A stretch of DNA of 64,000 nucleotides, taken from the NCBI GenBank assembly GCA_038229915.1, contig JBBRNY010000002.1, positions 2,472 through 66,471 on the forward strand, written 5' to 3'. Position 1 is the first letter of the stretch; each line of letters starts with the position of its first letter. This document shows, piece by piece, positions 48,903 to 57,682 of this stretch. Both the position numbers and the translations under genes were made by a program. Source of the stretch: Candidatus Kapaibacterium sp. Lineage in GTDB: Bacteria > Bacteroidota > Ignavibacteria > Palsa-1295. A model generated the notes under the pieces. The model ran no database searches. It was not told the DNA's origin and was given only the letters and a program-made list of their open reading frames with translations.

Positions 48903-51085
48903 TGCGATACGTCTATATATTGATAGTAATTGCCGCGTTGATCGGCGATGCTTCGGCACAGCGTATTATCAGTGGCGTGATTCGATACAAAACCAATCAC
49001 GAACCGATCGCCGGTGCGACCGTCTCGATCGAAGATAACAACAAACACATCATCCGATCGCAAAGCACTCACGCCAACGGTACGTTCAAGATCTTCCGTG
49101 CTGATAGTGCGGTGTATATTTCTTTTAATGCGTATGGGTGCGAGTTTACGCGTATTGTTGTCAGTGATACGAATTATTATGAAGTAGAAATTAACGTTAC
49201 CAGCAAACGCGTTGATGATATTGTGGTTACTGCCGAACGATATGTGACGGCGGTACAAGACGTGCCGGTCTCGGTTGCTGTCGTAAAAGAGGAAGAATTG
49301 TTGTCGCGTGCACCTGTTGCGATCGACGATGCGTTGCGTTGGGTGCCCGGAGTGACGGTGACAGAATCCCAAGTCAATATTCGTGGCTCCTCAGGTTACG
49401 GGCGTGGTGTTGGCTCGCGAGTGTTATTTTTACTTGATGGAATGCCGTTGCTTGCGGCTGATAATGGCGACATAAAATTTGATATTTTGCCCGCGATGGA
49501 TATTTCACGCATCGAAGTCGTGAAGGGTGCAGGCTCTGCGTTATATGGCTCAAGTGCACTTGGTGGGGTGATCAATCTCATTACTCGCGAGCCGACCGAT
49601 ACGATGCGTAAGGCATTCACAGCATTTGGGGGCATCTATGACCAACCTATATATGATCAATGGCGAGTGCCCGAACTCAAGCGTCGCTTTGCTTCGCTCG
49701 AACTTGGCTCTGCAGGTAAGGTCGGCGATGTCGGCATCTTGGGGAGCGCTGTCTATCGTCGGAATGAAGGCTATCGTCTTGGTGATGATTCGTACAAAGA
49801 AGAAGGTTTTTTGAAAGTGACAGCGCCCGTATCGTCACACGCAAAACTTACGACTTCGGTAATTATAGCAAATGAAGATCACGGCGGCTGGCTCTATTGG
49901 AAAAATCTTTCAAATGCACTATTACCGTCCGACTCTCTCGGTGCTGTCAACGGGCGAATTCATTCATTCAAAGCAAATTTACAATCGTCGTTGAATATTA
50001 CGACCGAATCAATTAGCCATAGCATCCGCACCGACATTTATTTCACGCATTTCTCGACCGACCCATCAACCCCTGGCGGACCCGAAGGTGCGCACTCGAA
50101 TGCGACGAATTATTCGCTTGAGTATAATGTGAATGTTGATCTGGCCGAGCATATTTTTCTTACATCAGGGTTGATCGGCAACTATCAAAACGTCTCGTCC
50201 GATCTCTTTAACGATCATCACGGGCTTTCGCTTGCATATTTGTTGCAGGCGGAGTATAAGATAAATTTATTGACGCTGACCGCAGGAATTCGCGCCGATG
50301 CTATACGATATGACACTGCATCGTGGTTGGGGAATATTTCGCCGAAACTTGGCGCGAGTTACCGCCTGAGTGATGAGATCTCGCTTCGAGCTTCATTTGG
50401 CACAGGCTTTCGCGCCCCGACCATCAGCGAGCAATATATCGATCAAGTCTTTAGCGGTTTTCCGGTAAAGCCGAATCCGTCGCTCACACCGGAGCGGAGT
50501 TATTCGACCGAGATAGGCGCGGCATATCGCGATGACCATTGGTATCTTGATGGAGCGGTGTTTTATTCGCGCTTTAGTCAGTTGATCGAGCCGAGATTTA
50601 CTTCGAGCAGCACCACTTCGTTCATCCAATTTCAAAATGTGACCGATGCCGAGATATTTGGTCATGAAGAAGTGCTGGAGTATTTTCCGTTTGGTAATAA
50701 TACGCTCACGGCAAGAATAGGATATACGTATGTCTTCCCACAAAATCGGGTGACGAAAGAAATTTTAGAGTTTCGGCCGCGACATTTGTTTCAATCACGA
50801 TTATCTTGCGAGATCGGCTCGCTGTCGCTTTCGGCAGATTTCCGTTATATCAGCAAATACGAAACAGTCGATCCGGTGCTGATACAGCAAGTGCCTGATG
50901 GGGACGTGCGAGTAGATGCTTACGTACTCGATGGCAGAATTTCGTTTGCGTTCGATCATTTGATAGCAGTACCCGTAAAATTGACCTTTCAGGTGCAGAA
51001 TCTTCTCAATTATTATTACGTAGAGATCGTAGGGAATGTCGCACCACTGAGAAATTTTTCATTGCGAGTAGAGACGGTGTTTTAG
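48899..51085 (+). CDS. TonB-dependent receptor with CarboxypepD_reg-like N-terminal domain
   Basis: Signal peptide, CarboxypepD_reg domain (ISGVIRYKTNHEPIAGATVSIED...), plug (…DALRWVPGVTV…), barrel ending ...LRVETVF. Confidence 0.8.
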   Translation: MMRYVYILIVIAALIGDASAQRIISGVIRYKTNHEPIAGATVSIEDNNKHIIRSQSTHANGTFKIFRADSAVYISFNAYGCEFTRIVVSDTNYYEVEINVTSKRVDDIVVTAERYVTAVQDVPVSVAVVKEEELLSRAPVAIDDALRWVPGVTVTESQVNIRGSSGYGRGVGSRVLFLLDGMPLLAADNGDIKFDILPAMDISRIEVVKGAGSALYGSSALGGVINLITREPTDTMRKAFTAFGGIYDQPIYDQWRVPELKRRFASLELGSAGKVGDVGILGSAVYRRNEGYRLGDDSYKEEGFLKVTAPVSSHAKLTTSVIIANEDHGGWLYWKNLSNALLPSDSLGAVNGRIHSFKANLQSSLNITTESISHSIRTDIYFTHFSTDPSTPGGPEGAHSNATNYSLEYNVNVDLAEHIFLTSGLIGNYQNVSSDLFNDHHGLSLAYLLQAEYKINLLTLTAGIRADAIRYDTASWLGNISPKLGASYRLSDEISLRASFGTGFRAPTISEQYIDQVFSGFPVKPNPSLTPERSYSTEIGAAYRDDHWYLDGAVFYSRFSQLIEPRFTSSSTTSFIQFQNVTDAEIFGHEEVLEYFPFGNNTLTARIGYTYVFPQNRVTKEILEFRPRHLFQSRLSCEIGSLSLSADFRYISKYETVDPVLIQQVPDGDVRVDAYVLDGRISFAFDHLIAVPVKLTFQVQNLLNYYYVEIVGNVAPLRNFSLRVETVF

Positions 51086-51108
51086 AATTAGAACTTAGTT
51101 ATTTTAGA

Positions 51109-52890
51109 ATGATCGATACACATTGCCATATACAGACCGACCAGTTTGATAACGACCGCGAGCAGGTCATTGCCGATGCAATGACAGCAGGGGTTGAAGG
51201 ATTTATCGTGCCCGCTATTGACTTTGAGAGTTTTGATGCAACGCTTGATATTGCACGATCGCATCCCAATGTTTGGTGCGCTCTGGGGATTCATCCGCAT
51301 AGCTCGGCGCAGTGGAATGATGATGTGCGTTCGCGTATAAAAGAAGAAATTGCGAAGAACCCGAAAGTCGTCGCCATCGGTGAGATCGGGCTTGACTTTT
51401 ATTATGACTTTGCACCTCGTGATGTCGAACTCAAAGCATTTCGTGAACAGATCGAACTGGCGATAGAGCTTGAAAAGCCGATCATCATTCATACTCGCGA
51501 TTCTATTGACGAAACCATTGAAATTGTGAGCGAATATTATGCACATAAACCACAAACGAGCGGTTTTGGACAATTTCATTGTTTTTCGGGGAGTCCTGAA
51601 CAAGCCGAACGTGTTGCTTCTTTAGGATTTGCGGTGAGCTTTACGGGTAATATTACGTTTAAGAACTCGTCACTTGCCGAAACGGTGCTCGCGACGCCGC
51701 TTGAGTCAATCTTAATTGAGACCGATTCGCCGTATTTAGCACCCGTCCCGTATCGGGGCAAACGAAATATGCCGGCGTATGTGCCGCTGGTAGCAAAAAA
51801 GATCGCCGAACTGAAACAACGAGAACTATCAGAGATAATGCAGATCACAACTGAAAACGCAAAAAGAATTTTCCGACTCGCATTTGTTGCTACCGTGCTT
51901 CTTGGTGGGCTATTGTGCACAAGCACCGAACGTGCGCAAGCGCAGCCGGGCAGCCGTCCGCCCGATTCGGTAATGACCAAAGACCGTCGCGAAGCCGAGG
52001 AGATGATCCGTCGTCAGCGTGAAGTGCTCGAGCGCGAACAAGACAAGCGCCGCCAAGACTCGATCAAAACAGCGCAAGAAGAGGATCTGGAAATTCAGAA
52101 GGAAATGCGCGATCAAGCGCGGAAAGATTCGATCAAGACCGCCGAAAGAATTCAAGATGAAGAACGTACGCGTCTCAAGGCCCAAACACCTATTGTCTGG
52201 AAGGCGATCGGCGTTGGCGGTGCTATCGGTATCGGTAATCTTTCCGAACTCAGCCAGGGCTTTCGTCGAACGTTGGTACCGACCTCGGTACTCGCAAGCT
52301 CGTTCCAGATAGGCACGCAACTCAGCCGTGTGATCGACCTCGAATTTTCGTATAATACCTTTACCGTTAGTGATAATCTGATCCCTGACAACTTATACCG
52401 TTCAGGCGATTCATCGGCACTTGCCCCTTTTGATGCACTCCATCCGCCGGTGAAGCCATATATTGTGCCAACTCAGGAGTCTATCAAAACATCCTATCTT
52501 TCGTTCGATATTCGCTTTGTGATCAACCCTCGTTCGCCACTGAAATTCTATACAGGGTTAGGATATAATTATGTGACTATTACGAATAGTCAGGATTATT
52601 TTAAAGTAGATTCTGTAACCGGCAAGTCATCTTCGATCACCGCGACGAACTCCTTTAATCGTGGCGGCATCAAAGTCATGTTCGGTGCACGATATGATTT
52701 CGAGGTTGGTAGTAGTTTTATTGTCACGCCGTTTGCCCAGATCGGCGCATCGTTCTTGTTTAATAATCCATCGCAGGTCGAGCAGCGTATCTATGATTTT
52801 CAAGTCCCGGCAGATCTGATCACCTTTACCCATCTCAAGGTCGGAGCGACTGTCTATTTCGGATGGTTTAGCACCAAGAGGTATCAGTAA
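51109..52890 (+). CDS. TatD-family metal-dependent hydrolase fused in frame to a TM segment, charged coiled-coil linker and beta-strand-rich C-terminal domain (593 aa)
   Basis: TatD motifs MIDTHCHI..., ...GEIGLDFYY..., ...ILIETDSPYLAPVPYRGKRN...; after ...NAKRIFRL comes LAFVATVLLGGLLCT (hydrophobic), an E/R/K/D-rich ~80 aa segment, then a ~250-aa beta-rich domain; no stop between them. Confidence 0.75.
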   Translation: MIDTHCHIQTDQFDNDREQVIADAMTAGVEGFIVPAIDFESFDATLDIARSHPNVWCALGIHPHSSAQWNDDVRSRIKEEIAKNPKVVAIGEIGLDFYYDFAPRDVELKAFREQIELAIELEKPIIIHTRDSIDETIEIVSEYYAHKPQTSGFGQFHCFSGSPEQAERVASLGFAVSFTGNITFKNSSLAETVLATPLESILIETDSPYLAPVPYRGKRNMPAYVPLVAKKIAELKQRELSEIMQITTENAKRIFRLAFVATVLLGGLLCTSTERAQAQPGSRPPDSVMTKDRREAEEMIRRQREVLEREQDKRRQDSIKTAQEEDLEIQKEMRDQARKDSIKTAERIQDEERTRLKAQTPIVWKAIGVGGAIGIGNLSELSQGFRRTLVPTSVLASSFQIGTQLSRVIDLEFSYNTFTVSDNLIPDNLYRSGDSSALAPFDALHPPVKPYIVPTQESIKTSYLSFDIRFVINPRSPLKFYTGLGYNYVTITNSQDYFKVDSVTGKSSSITATNSFNRGGIKVMFGARYDFEVGSSFIVTPFAQIGASFLFNNPSQVEQRIYDFQVPADLITFTHLKVGATVYFGWFSTKRYQ

Positions 52891-52891
52891 G

Positions 52892-55186
52892 ATGGACTCT
52901 GACTATACAACCATTCCTTCTGATGAACCTGCTCTCGACGACGAGTTGGCAGAGTCTGTACAATCGGAAACAGTACCACCGGTATTGATCGAAACAACAT
53001 CGGAAGAGCTGTATCAACAGAAGCTTGCCGAGTTGTTGGAAGCCTGCCGCGCCAATCTTCGCAAGTATGACGAAGCTTTAATAGCCAAAGCCTTTCGATT
53101 GAGCTACGATGCTCATAAAAATGACCGCCGTGCCTCCGGCGAGCCGTATTTCTTGCATCCGTTCGAAGTGGCGATGATCTGCGTCAAAGAAATACCGCTT
53201 GACGACGTTTCTGTTGTGTGTTCATTGCTCCATGATGTAGTTGAAGACACTGTTTATACTCTCGATGAGATTCGCGAAGAATTTGGCGATACGATAGCCG
53301 AGATCGTTGACGGCGCGACGAAGATCAGCGATATTTTTCGGTCGCGCGAAATAACCCAAGCAGAAAGCTATCGCAAACTCTTGATCTCGATGGTCAATGA
53401 TGTTCGCGTGATGTTGGTGAAGTTTGCAGATCGTTTGCATAATATGCGGACGATCGAATATCTTTCGCCCGAGCGTCAGCTCAGAATGGCGAAAGAGACG
53501 CTCGATATTTATGCGCCGTTTGCACATCGGTTCGGTTTGGCGAAGATCAAGTGGGAAATGGAGGACTTATCCTTCAAGGTATTAAACCGCGAAGCGTATG
53601 ACGACCTGAAACGCCAACTAACTGAGTCGCGTGTGAGCCGCGAGTCATATATCGCCGATATGATAGCCCCCGTAAAAGAAGCGCTTGAGCACGAGGGGAT
53701 GAAGTTCGAGGTGATCGGGCGACCGAAACATATCTTCTCGATCTACAACAAACTTATTCGCACGGGCAAAAACTTTAACGATCTTTACGATCTGTTCGCT
53801 ATTCGTATTATCATTGATACGAAGAATGATAACGACTGCTTCTCGGTCTATGGCATTGTCAGCTCGGTCTATACACCCGTGCCCGAGCGATTTAAGAACT
53901 ATATCTCTGTCCCCAAAAAGAACGGATACCAGTCTATTCATACGACGGTCGTTGGTCCTGGCGGTAAGATGGTCGAAGTGCAGATCCGCACAAAAGGTAT
54001 GCAAGAAATTGCGGAAAAGGGCGTTGCCGCACATTGGAAATATAAGGAGCAGATCACCAAGACCGACCCCGAAATTGAAGAATGGGTTCGTTGGGTGAGC
54101 GATCTTTTCGAAGATCAGGACGACGACGATGCACCAAAAGCCTTGATGGAAAGCTTTAAGCTCAATCTCTATCAAGATGAAATTTATGTTTTTACGCCTA
54201 AGGGTGATCTGAGGATTCTCCCGAAAGGTGCAACGATCGTTGATTTTGCATTTGATATTCATACTCAAGTGGGTATCAGAACCATCGGCGCAAAAGTCAA
54301 TGGCAAGATCACACCGCTTCATAGTAAACTCCGTTCCGGCGATCAGGTCGAGATCATCACCTCGAAAGTACAAACACCAAATCCTGATTGGGAGCAATTT
54401 GTCGCGACTCATAAGGCGCGGAATCAGATACGAAAGTTTATTAACGAAGAGCACCGCGCGAAAATAAATCGCGGTAGGGAGCTCTTCAATAAAAAACTTG
54501 CAAAAGCAAAGATCCATGTCAATGATGACACCATAGCAAAATTTGCGGGCGCAACCAATCATGGGAATATCGGCAAACTCTATCTTGCGCTTGCCGAAGA
54601 GCGCGTAAGAGCTGAAGATATCATCACGACGCTTCGCGATTGGCTCAAGCCAGATAGCAGCGAGCAGAAAAAAGATGACGCTCCGACGGTGCCGCACGAT
54701 GCACCGTATATCGAAGAGTCTCGCAAGCAAACGGGAATCTTGATACAGGGAAGACGCGATGACTTGCTCTATAGTTATGCAAAATGCTGCAACCCGGTGC
54801 CTGGTGATGACGTGATCGGGTTGGTGACCATCGGCGAAGGCGTGAAGATCCATCGCCGCGAATGCAAGAATATGAAATTTATAGAATCGGACGAGCGCAG
54901 GGCACGCATGATAGATGTCGAGTGGCCCAGCACCGAAGAGAATGCAGATTATCTCGTGGGCATTCATATTTCCGGCGAAGACCGCCCGGGAATGATCAGC
55001 GATCTGACGCACGTGATCTCGACCTACAACAACACGAACATCCGCTCGTTCAGTATCGACTCACACGACCAAATGTTTGACGGCAAAATGACGGTGTTCG
55101 TTAATAATACCTATCACTTAGCACGATTGATCGAAAAATTGCGACAGGTTCGCGGCGTTACTAATGCAGTACGATATGAGCAATAA
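52892..55186 (+). CDS. relA: bifunctional (p)ppGpp synthetase/hydrolase RelA/SpoT family
   Basis: HD hydrolase domain (HPFEVA...LHDVVED), synthetase domain, TGS and ACT regions; 764 aa. Confidence 0.9.
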   Translation: MDSDYTTIPSDEPALDDELAESVQSETVPPVLIETTSEELYQQKLAELLEACRANLRKYDEALIAKAFRLSYDAHKNDRRASGEPYFLHPFEVAMICVKEIPLDDVSVVCSLLHDVVEDTVYTLDEIREEFGDTIAEIVDGATKISDIFRSREITQAESYRKLLISMVNDVRVMLVKFADRLHNMRTIEYLSPERQLRMAKETLDIYAPFAHRFGLAKIKWEMEDLSFKVLNREAYDDLKRQLTESRVSRESYIADMIAPVKEALEHEGMKFEVIGRPKHIFSIYNKLIRTGKNFNDLYDLFAIRIIIDTKNDNDCFSVYGIVSSVYTPVPERFKNYISVPKKNGYQSIHTTVVGPGGKMVEVQIRTKGMQEIAEKGVAAHWKYKEQITKTDPEIEEWVRWVSDLFEDQDDDDAPKALMESFKLNLYQDEIYVFTPKGDLRILPKGATIVDFAFDIHTQVGIRTIGAKVNGKITPLHSKLRSGDQVEIITSKVQTPNPDWEQFVATHKARNQIRKFINEEHRAKINRGRELFNKKLAKAKIHVNDDTIAKFAGATNHGNIGKLYLALAEERVRAEDIITTLRDWLKPDSSEQKKDDAPTVPHDAPYIEESRKQTGILIQGRRDDLLYSYAKCCNPVPGDDVIGLVTIGEGVKIHRRECKNMKFIESDERRARMIDVEWPSTEENADYLVGIHISGEDRPGMISDLTHVISTYNNTNIRSFSIDSHDQMFDGKMTVFVNNTYHLARLIEKLRQVRGVTNAVRYEQ

Positions 55187-55604
55187 GCGCAAAGTTTTGG
55201 CAATAGACTATGGCACCAAACGTATCGGTTTGGCGATCAGCGATGAATTGCGAATGCTCGCAAGACCGATCGGGATCATTGAACAATCGGGAAAAGCCAT
55301 TGCTGATCTGCTTGCACTGATCGAAAAAGAACAGGTTGGCTGTGTGTTGCTCGGTTTGCCGACCTCTCTCAATGGCTCCGATAGCGAAATGACAAAGCAA
55401 GTCCGTTCATTTGGCGAAAAGCTTTTTGCAAAGCTTGATGCGTTAGAAATAGAGCATCATTTTCATGACGAACGCCTGACCAGCATTATGGCAGCAGGGA
55501 ACATCCTCACTCAAGGCCTCCCCAAAAACAAGCGCCAACAAAAATATCGACACGACGAAGAAGCCGCAAGAATAGTACTACAAGAGTTTTTGGATTCGAA
55601 ATAA
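55176..55604 (+). CDS. ruvX: Holliday junction resolvase-like protein RuvX/YqgF
   Basis: KVLAIDYGTKRIGLAISD... N-terminus; ATG 55176 preferred over 55164. Confidence 0.85.
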   Translation: MSNKRKVLAIDYGTKRIGLAISDELRMLARPIGIIEQSGKAIADLLALIEKEQVGCVLLGLPTSLNGSDSEMTKQVRSFGEKLFAKLDALEIEHHFHDERLTSIMAAGNILTQGLPKNKRQQKYRHDEEAARIVLQEFLDSK

Positions 55605-55617
55605 TCTCCGGTAATTA

Positions 55618-55722
55618 ATCCCCGTAGGGGCACGCCGCTGGCGTGCCCGCTAAACACACTTGAATTTTATGCAAAACCTCTGGATTCACGGGGACGGGTA
55701 TGCCAGCGGCATACCCCTACGA
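55618..55722. other. nested inverted-repeat element downstream of ruvX (possible structured RNA / terminator / REP-like element)
   Basis: Outer stem CGTAGGGG(55624-31)/CCCCTACG(55713-20) enclosing hairpins GCACGCCgctgGCGTGC and GGGTATGCCagcGGCATACCC; CCCCgtaGGGG is itself palindromic. Confidence 0.45.
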
Positions 55723-56019
55723 TTATGCACATTTCCTCAAAATCAGTCAGTTGATGAGAGTCACCCATCATTTGTATGGAAAACAATACGTTAAAAAAAC
55801 GAAAACCCGCTAAAACGAATTTTAACGGGCTTCCTGGAGGTCACTATGAAACACACAGAACGTGAGACTGAAGTGTTGGTGAGACACTTATAACTTATCT
55901 TACAACATTTGTGCCACAATGTTTCATTTATTGAATATATATTGCTTAAGTTGTAATAATATCAAGGGAACAGATCCCCAGAATTTTCTTTTTTAAGAGT
56001 ATCATTCTCAACACATCCT

Positions 56020-57543
56020 ATGAAATCGCTCGTTATTTTATTTATACTTAGTTTTGCGGTTGCTTCTGCTGAGGCTCAATTAGAGAGTTCAAATAGTCTT
56101 GTCTGGTCGAAAAACGTGCTGATGCTTCAGCGAAATTCAACCGATGAGTTTCGGACGCCACAATTCCCGACAGGCGGCAGCGAGCTTTATGTCGTCGCAG
56201 ACCCGACGCTTCCGGCGCGCTTGCAATCAGCACTTGATGTGACCTATGCAAGAACATCTGTCCGTAGCAAGCACGGAGTTTCGGCGAGTGTGATCGTGCC
56301 GGGATTGAGCCAGTGGGATGGTAGTGCGGGCGAATCGTATTCGGGTGTGGCGATGAGTGGCGCGTTGCAATTTGAGATCGCCAGTAATACGAAAACGATG
56401 TTCGCCACACTTATTTTAAAATTACAAGAAGAAGGGAAGCTTTCGATCAACGACCCACTACACTATTGGCTTCCACAATATCCCAATATCGACTCGAACA
56501 TCACGATCAAGCAATTGCTCAATCATTCAAGTGGGATCTTTGATTATCTCAATGATGACAAGTCGGGTGCGGTTATAAATGATATGTATTTTGCAAACCC
56601 CGATAAACATTGGACTGCTGAAGAAATTTTACAAACTTATGTCGGCAAAGCGAATTTTAAAGCCGGCACATCATATCGTTACTCCAATACAAATTTTCTA
56701 CTGTTGGGCATCATTGCCGAGAAAGCTGATGGCATTGAACCCGGGAAAAATCTTCGCACTCGTTTTTTCGAGCCGTTGCAATTGACGCATACCTATGCAG
56801 GCTGGACAGATTCAGTACCAAACCCGTATGCCCATAATTGGCTAAATATTGCTCAGGCGCCAAATCCGTTCACCGATATTGGTGATGTCAATAAAACGGC
56901 GCAACTTACCGGGTCACATTCGGCAGGTGGTGTCGTTTCGACTCCTCATGATCTTGCGCAGTGGGCGAAGAATCTTTATGAAGAACATATTCTGAATAAG
57001 GCATCGCTCGCGTCGATGCTAAAAGTGAATAATTGGCCAGGTGGTGGCAACTATGGCTTGGGGGCGTTTTCTGTTCCATACTATACCAAAACCTTATACG
57101 GACACAACGGACATTTGCCGGGTTTTTTAACCGATATGTTTAATATGCCAAGTGATAGTGTGACGGTAGTCGTCTATATTAATACCGAAGAGATCGTAAA
57201 TGACGTTACGCTCAATGATTATCTCGTGGCATTACTCAATGAAATTTATAAAGCTCCGGCTTCGGTAACAACTTCGAAATTGCTCTCTGCTACTGTTTCG
57301 GTCTATCCTAATCCCGCATACAAGGATATAGTCATCAGTTATGAGTTGCCTCAGCCATCAACTGTAAGCATCTCGCTGTTCGATCTCTTGGGCAGGGAAG
57401 TTATACCATCGCAGCACAAAAATAATTTAGCTGGCAAACAAGCGATCACACTCGATGTACATTCGCTACCACAGGGAAGTTATATTTATCGTGTCGAAAG
57501 CGAAACAGGTACGACCAGTGGGCGAGTTCAGGTTGTGAGATAG
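56020..57543 (+). CDS. secreted serine hydrolase of the beta-lactamase/PBP (class C-like esterase) family with C-terminal FlgD-Ig-like/T9SS-type sorting domain
   Basis: Signal peptide; SxxK active-site motif ASNTK; C-terminal ...VSVYPNPAYKDIVISYELPQPSTVSISLFDLLGREV...GSYIYRVESETG... Confidence 0.8.
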   Translation: MKSLVILFILSFAVASAEAQLESSNSLVWSKNVLMLQRNSTDEFRTPQFPTGGSELYVVADPTLPARLQSALDVTYARTSVRSKHGVSASVIVPGLSQWDGSAGESYSGVAMSGALQFEIASNTKTMFATLILKLQEEGKLSINDPLHYWLPQYPNIDSNITIKQLLNHSSGIFDYLNDDKSGAVINDMYFANPDKHWTAEEILQTYVGKANFKAGTSYRYSNTNFLLLGIIAEKADGIEPGKNLRTRFFEPLQLTHTYAGWTDSVPNPYAHNWLNIAQAPNPFTDIGDVNKTAQLTGSHSAGGVVSTPHDLAQWAKNLYEEHILNKASLASMLKVNNWPGGGNYGLGAFSVPYYTKTLYGHNGHLPGFLTDMFNMPSDSVTVVVYINTEEIVNDVTLNDYLVALLNEIYKAPASVTTSKLLSATVSVYPNPAYKDIVISYELPQPSTVSISLFDLLGREVIPSQHKNNLAGKQAITLDVHSLPQGSYIYRVESETGTTSGRVQVVR

Positions 57544-57549
57544 GATGAT

Positions 57550-57600
57550 ATATCACGTGTATTTGTCAGCGCATCAATACCAACGATTGCTTCTTGAGTT
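57550..57600. repeat. 51-bp repeat (second copy at 61276-61326, 3 mismatches)
   Basis: ATATCACGTGTATTTGTCAGCGCATCAATACCAACGATTGCTTCTTGAGTT vs ATATCACGCATATTTGTCAGCGCATCAATACCAACGATTGTTTCTTGAGTT. Confidence 0.7.
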
Positions 57601-57682
57601 TCGAAAAAATAATTTAGCATTTTTCTAGCCGAGCAAGAAAATATGTTGTCTTTTGTAAGTCATTCATCAAAAAAAACACTGC

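Noticed and set aside
53645-55012. 455-aa minus-strand ORF inside relA/spoT
   Set aside because: Antisense shadow ORF; relA assignment on plus strand is unambiguous.
55678-55700. tmRNA-like 5-prime word TCTGGATTCACGGGGACGGG
   Set aside because: No GGGG acceptor start, no T-arm/CCA-adjacent acceptor partner within 400 nt; judged a chance resemblance inside an inverted-repeat element.
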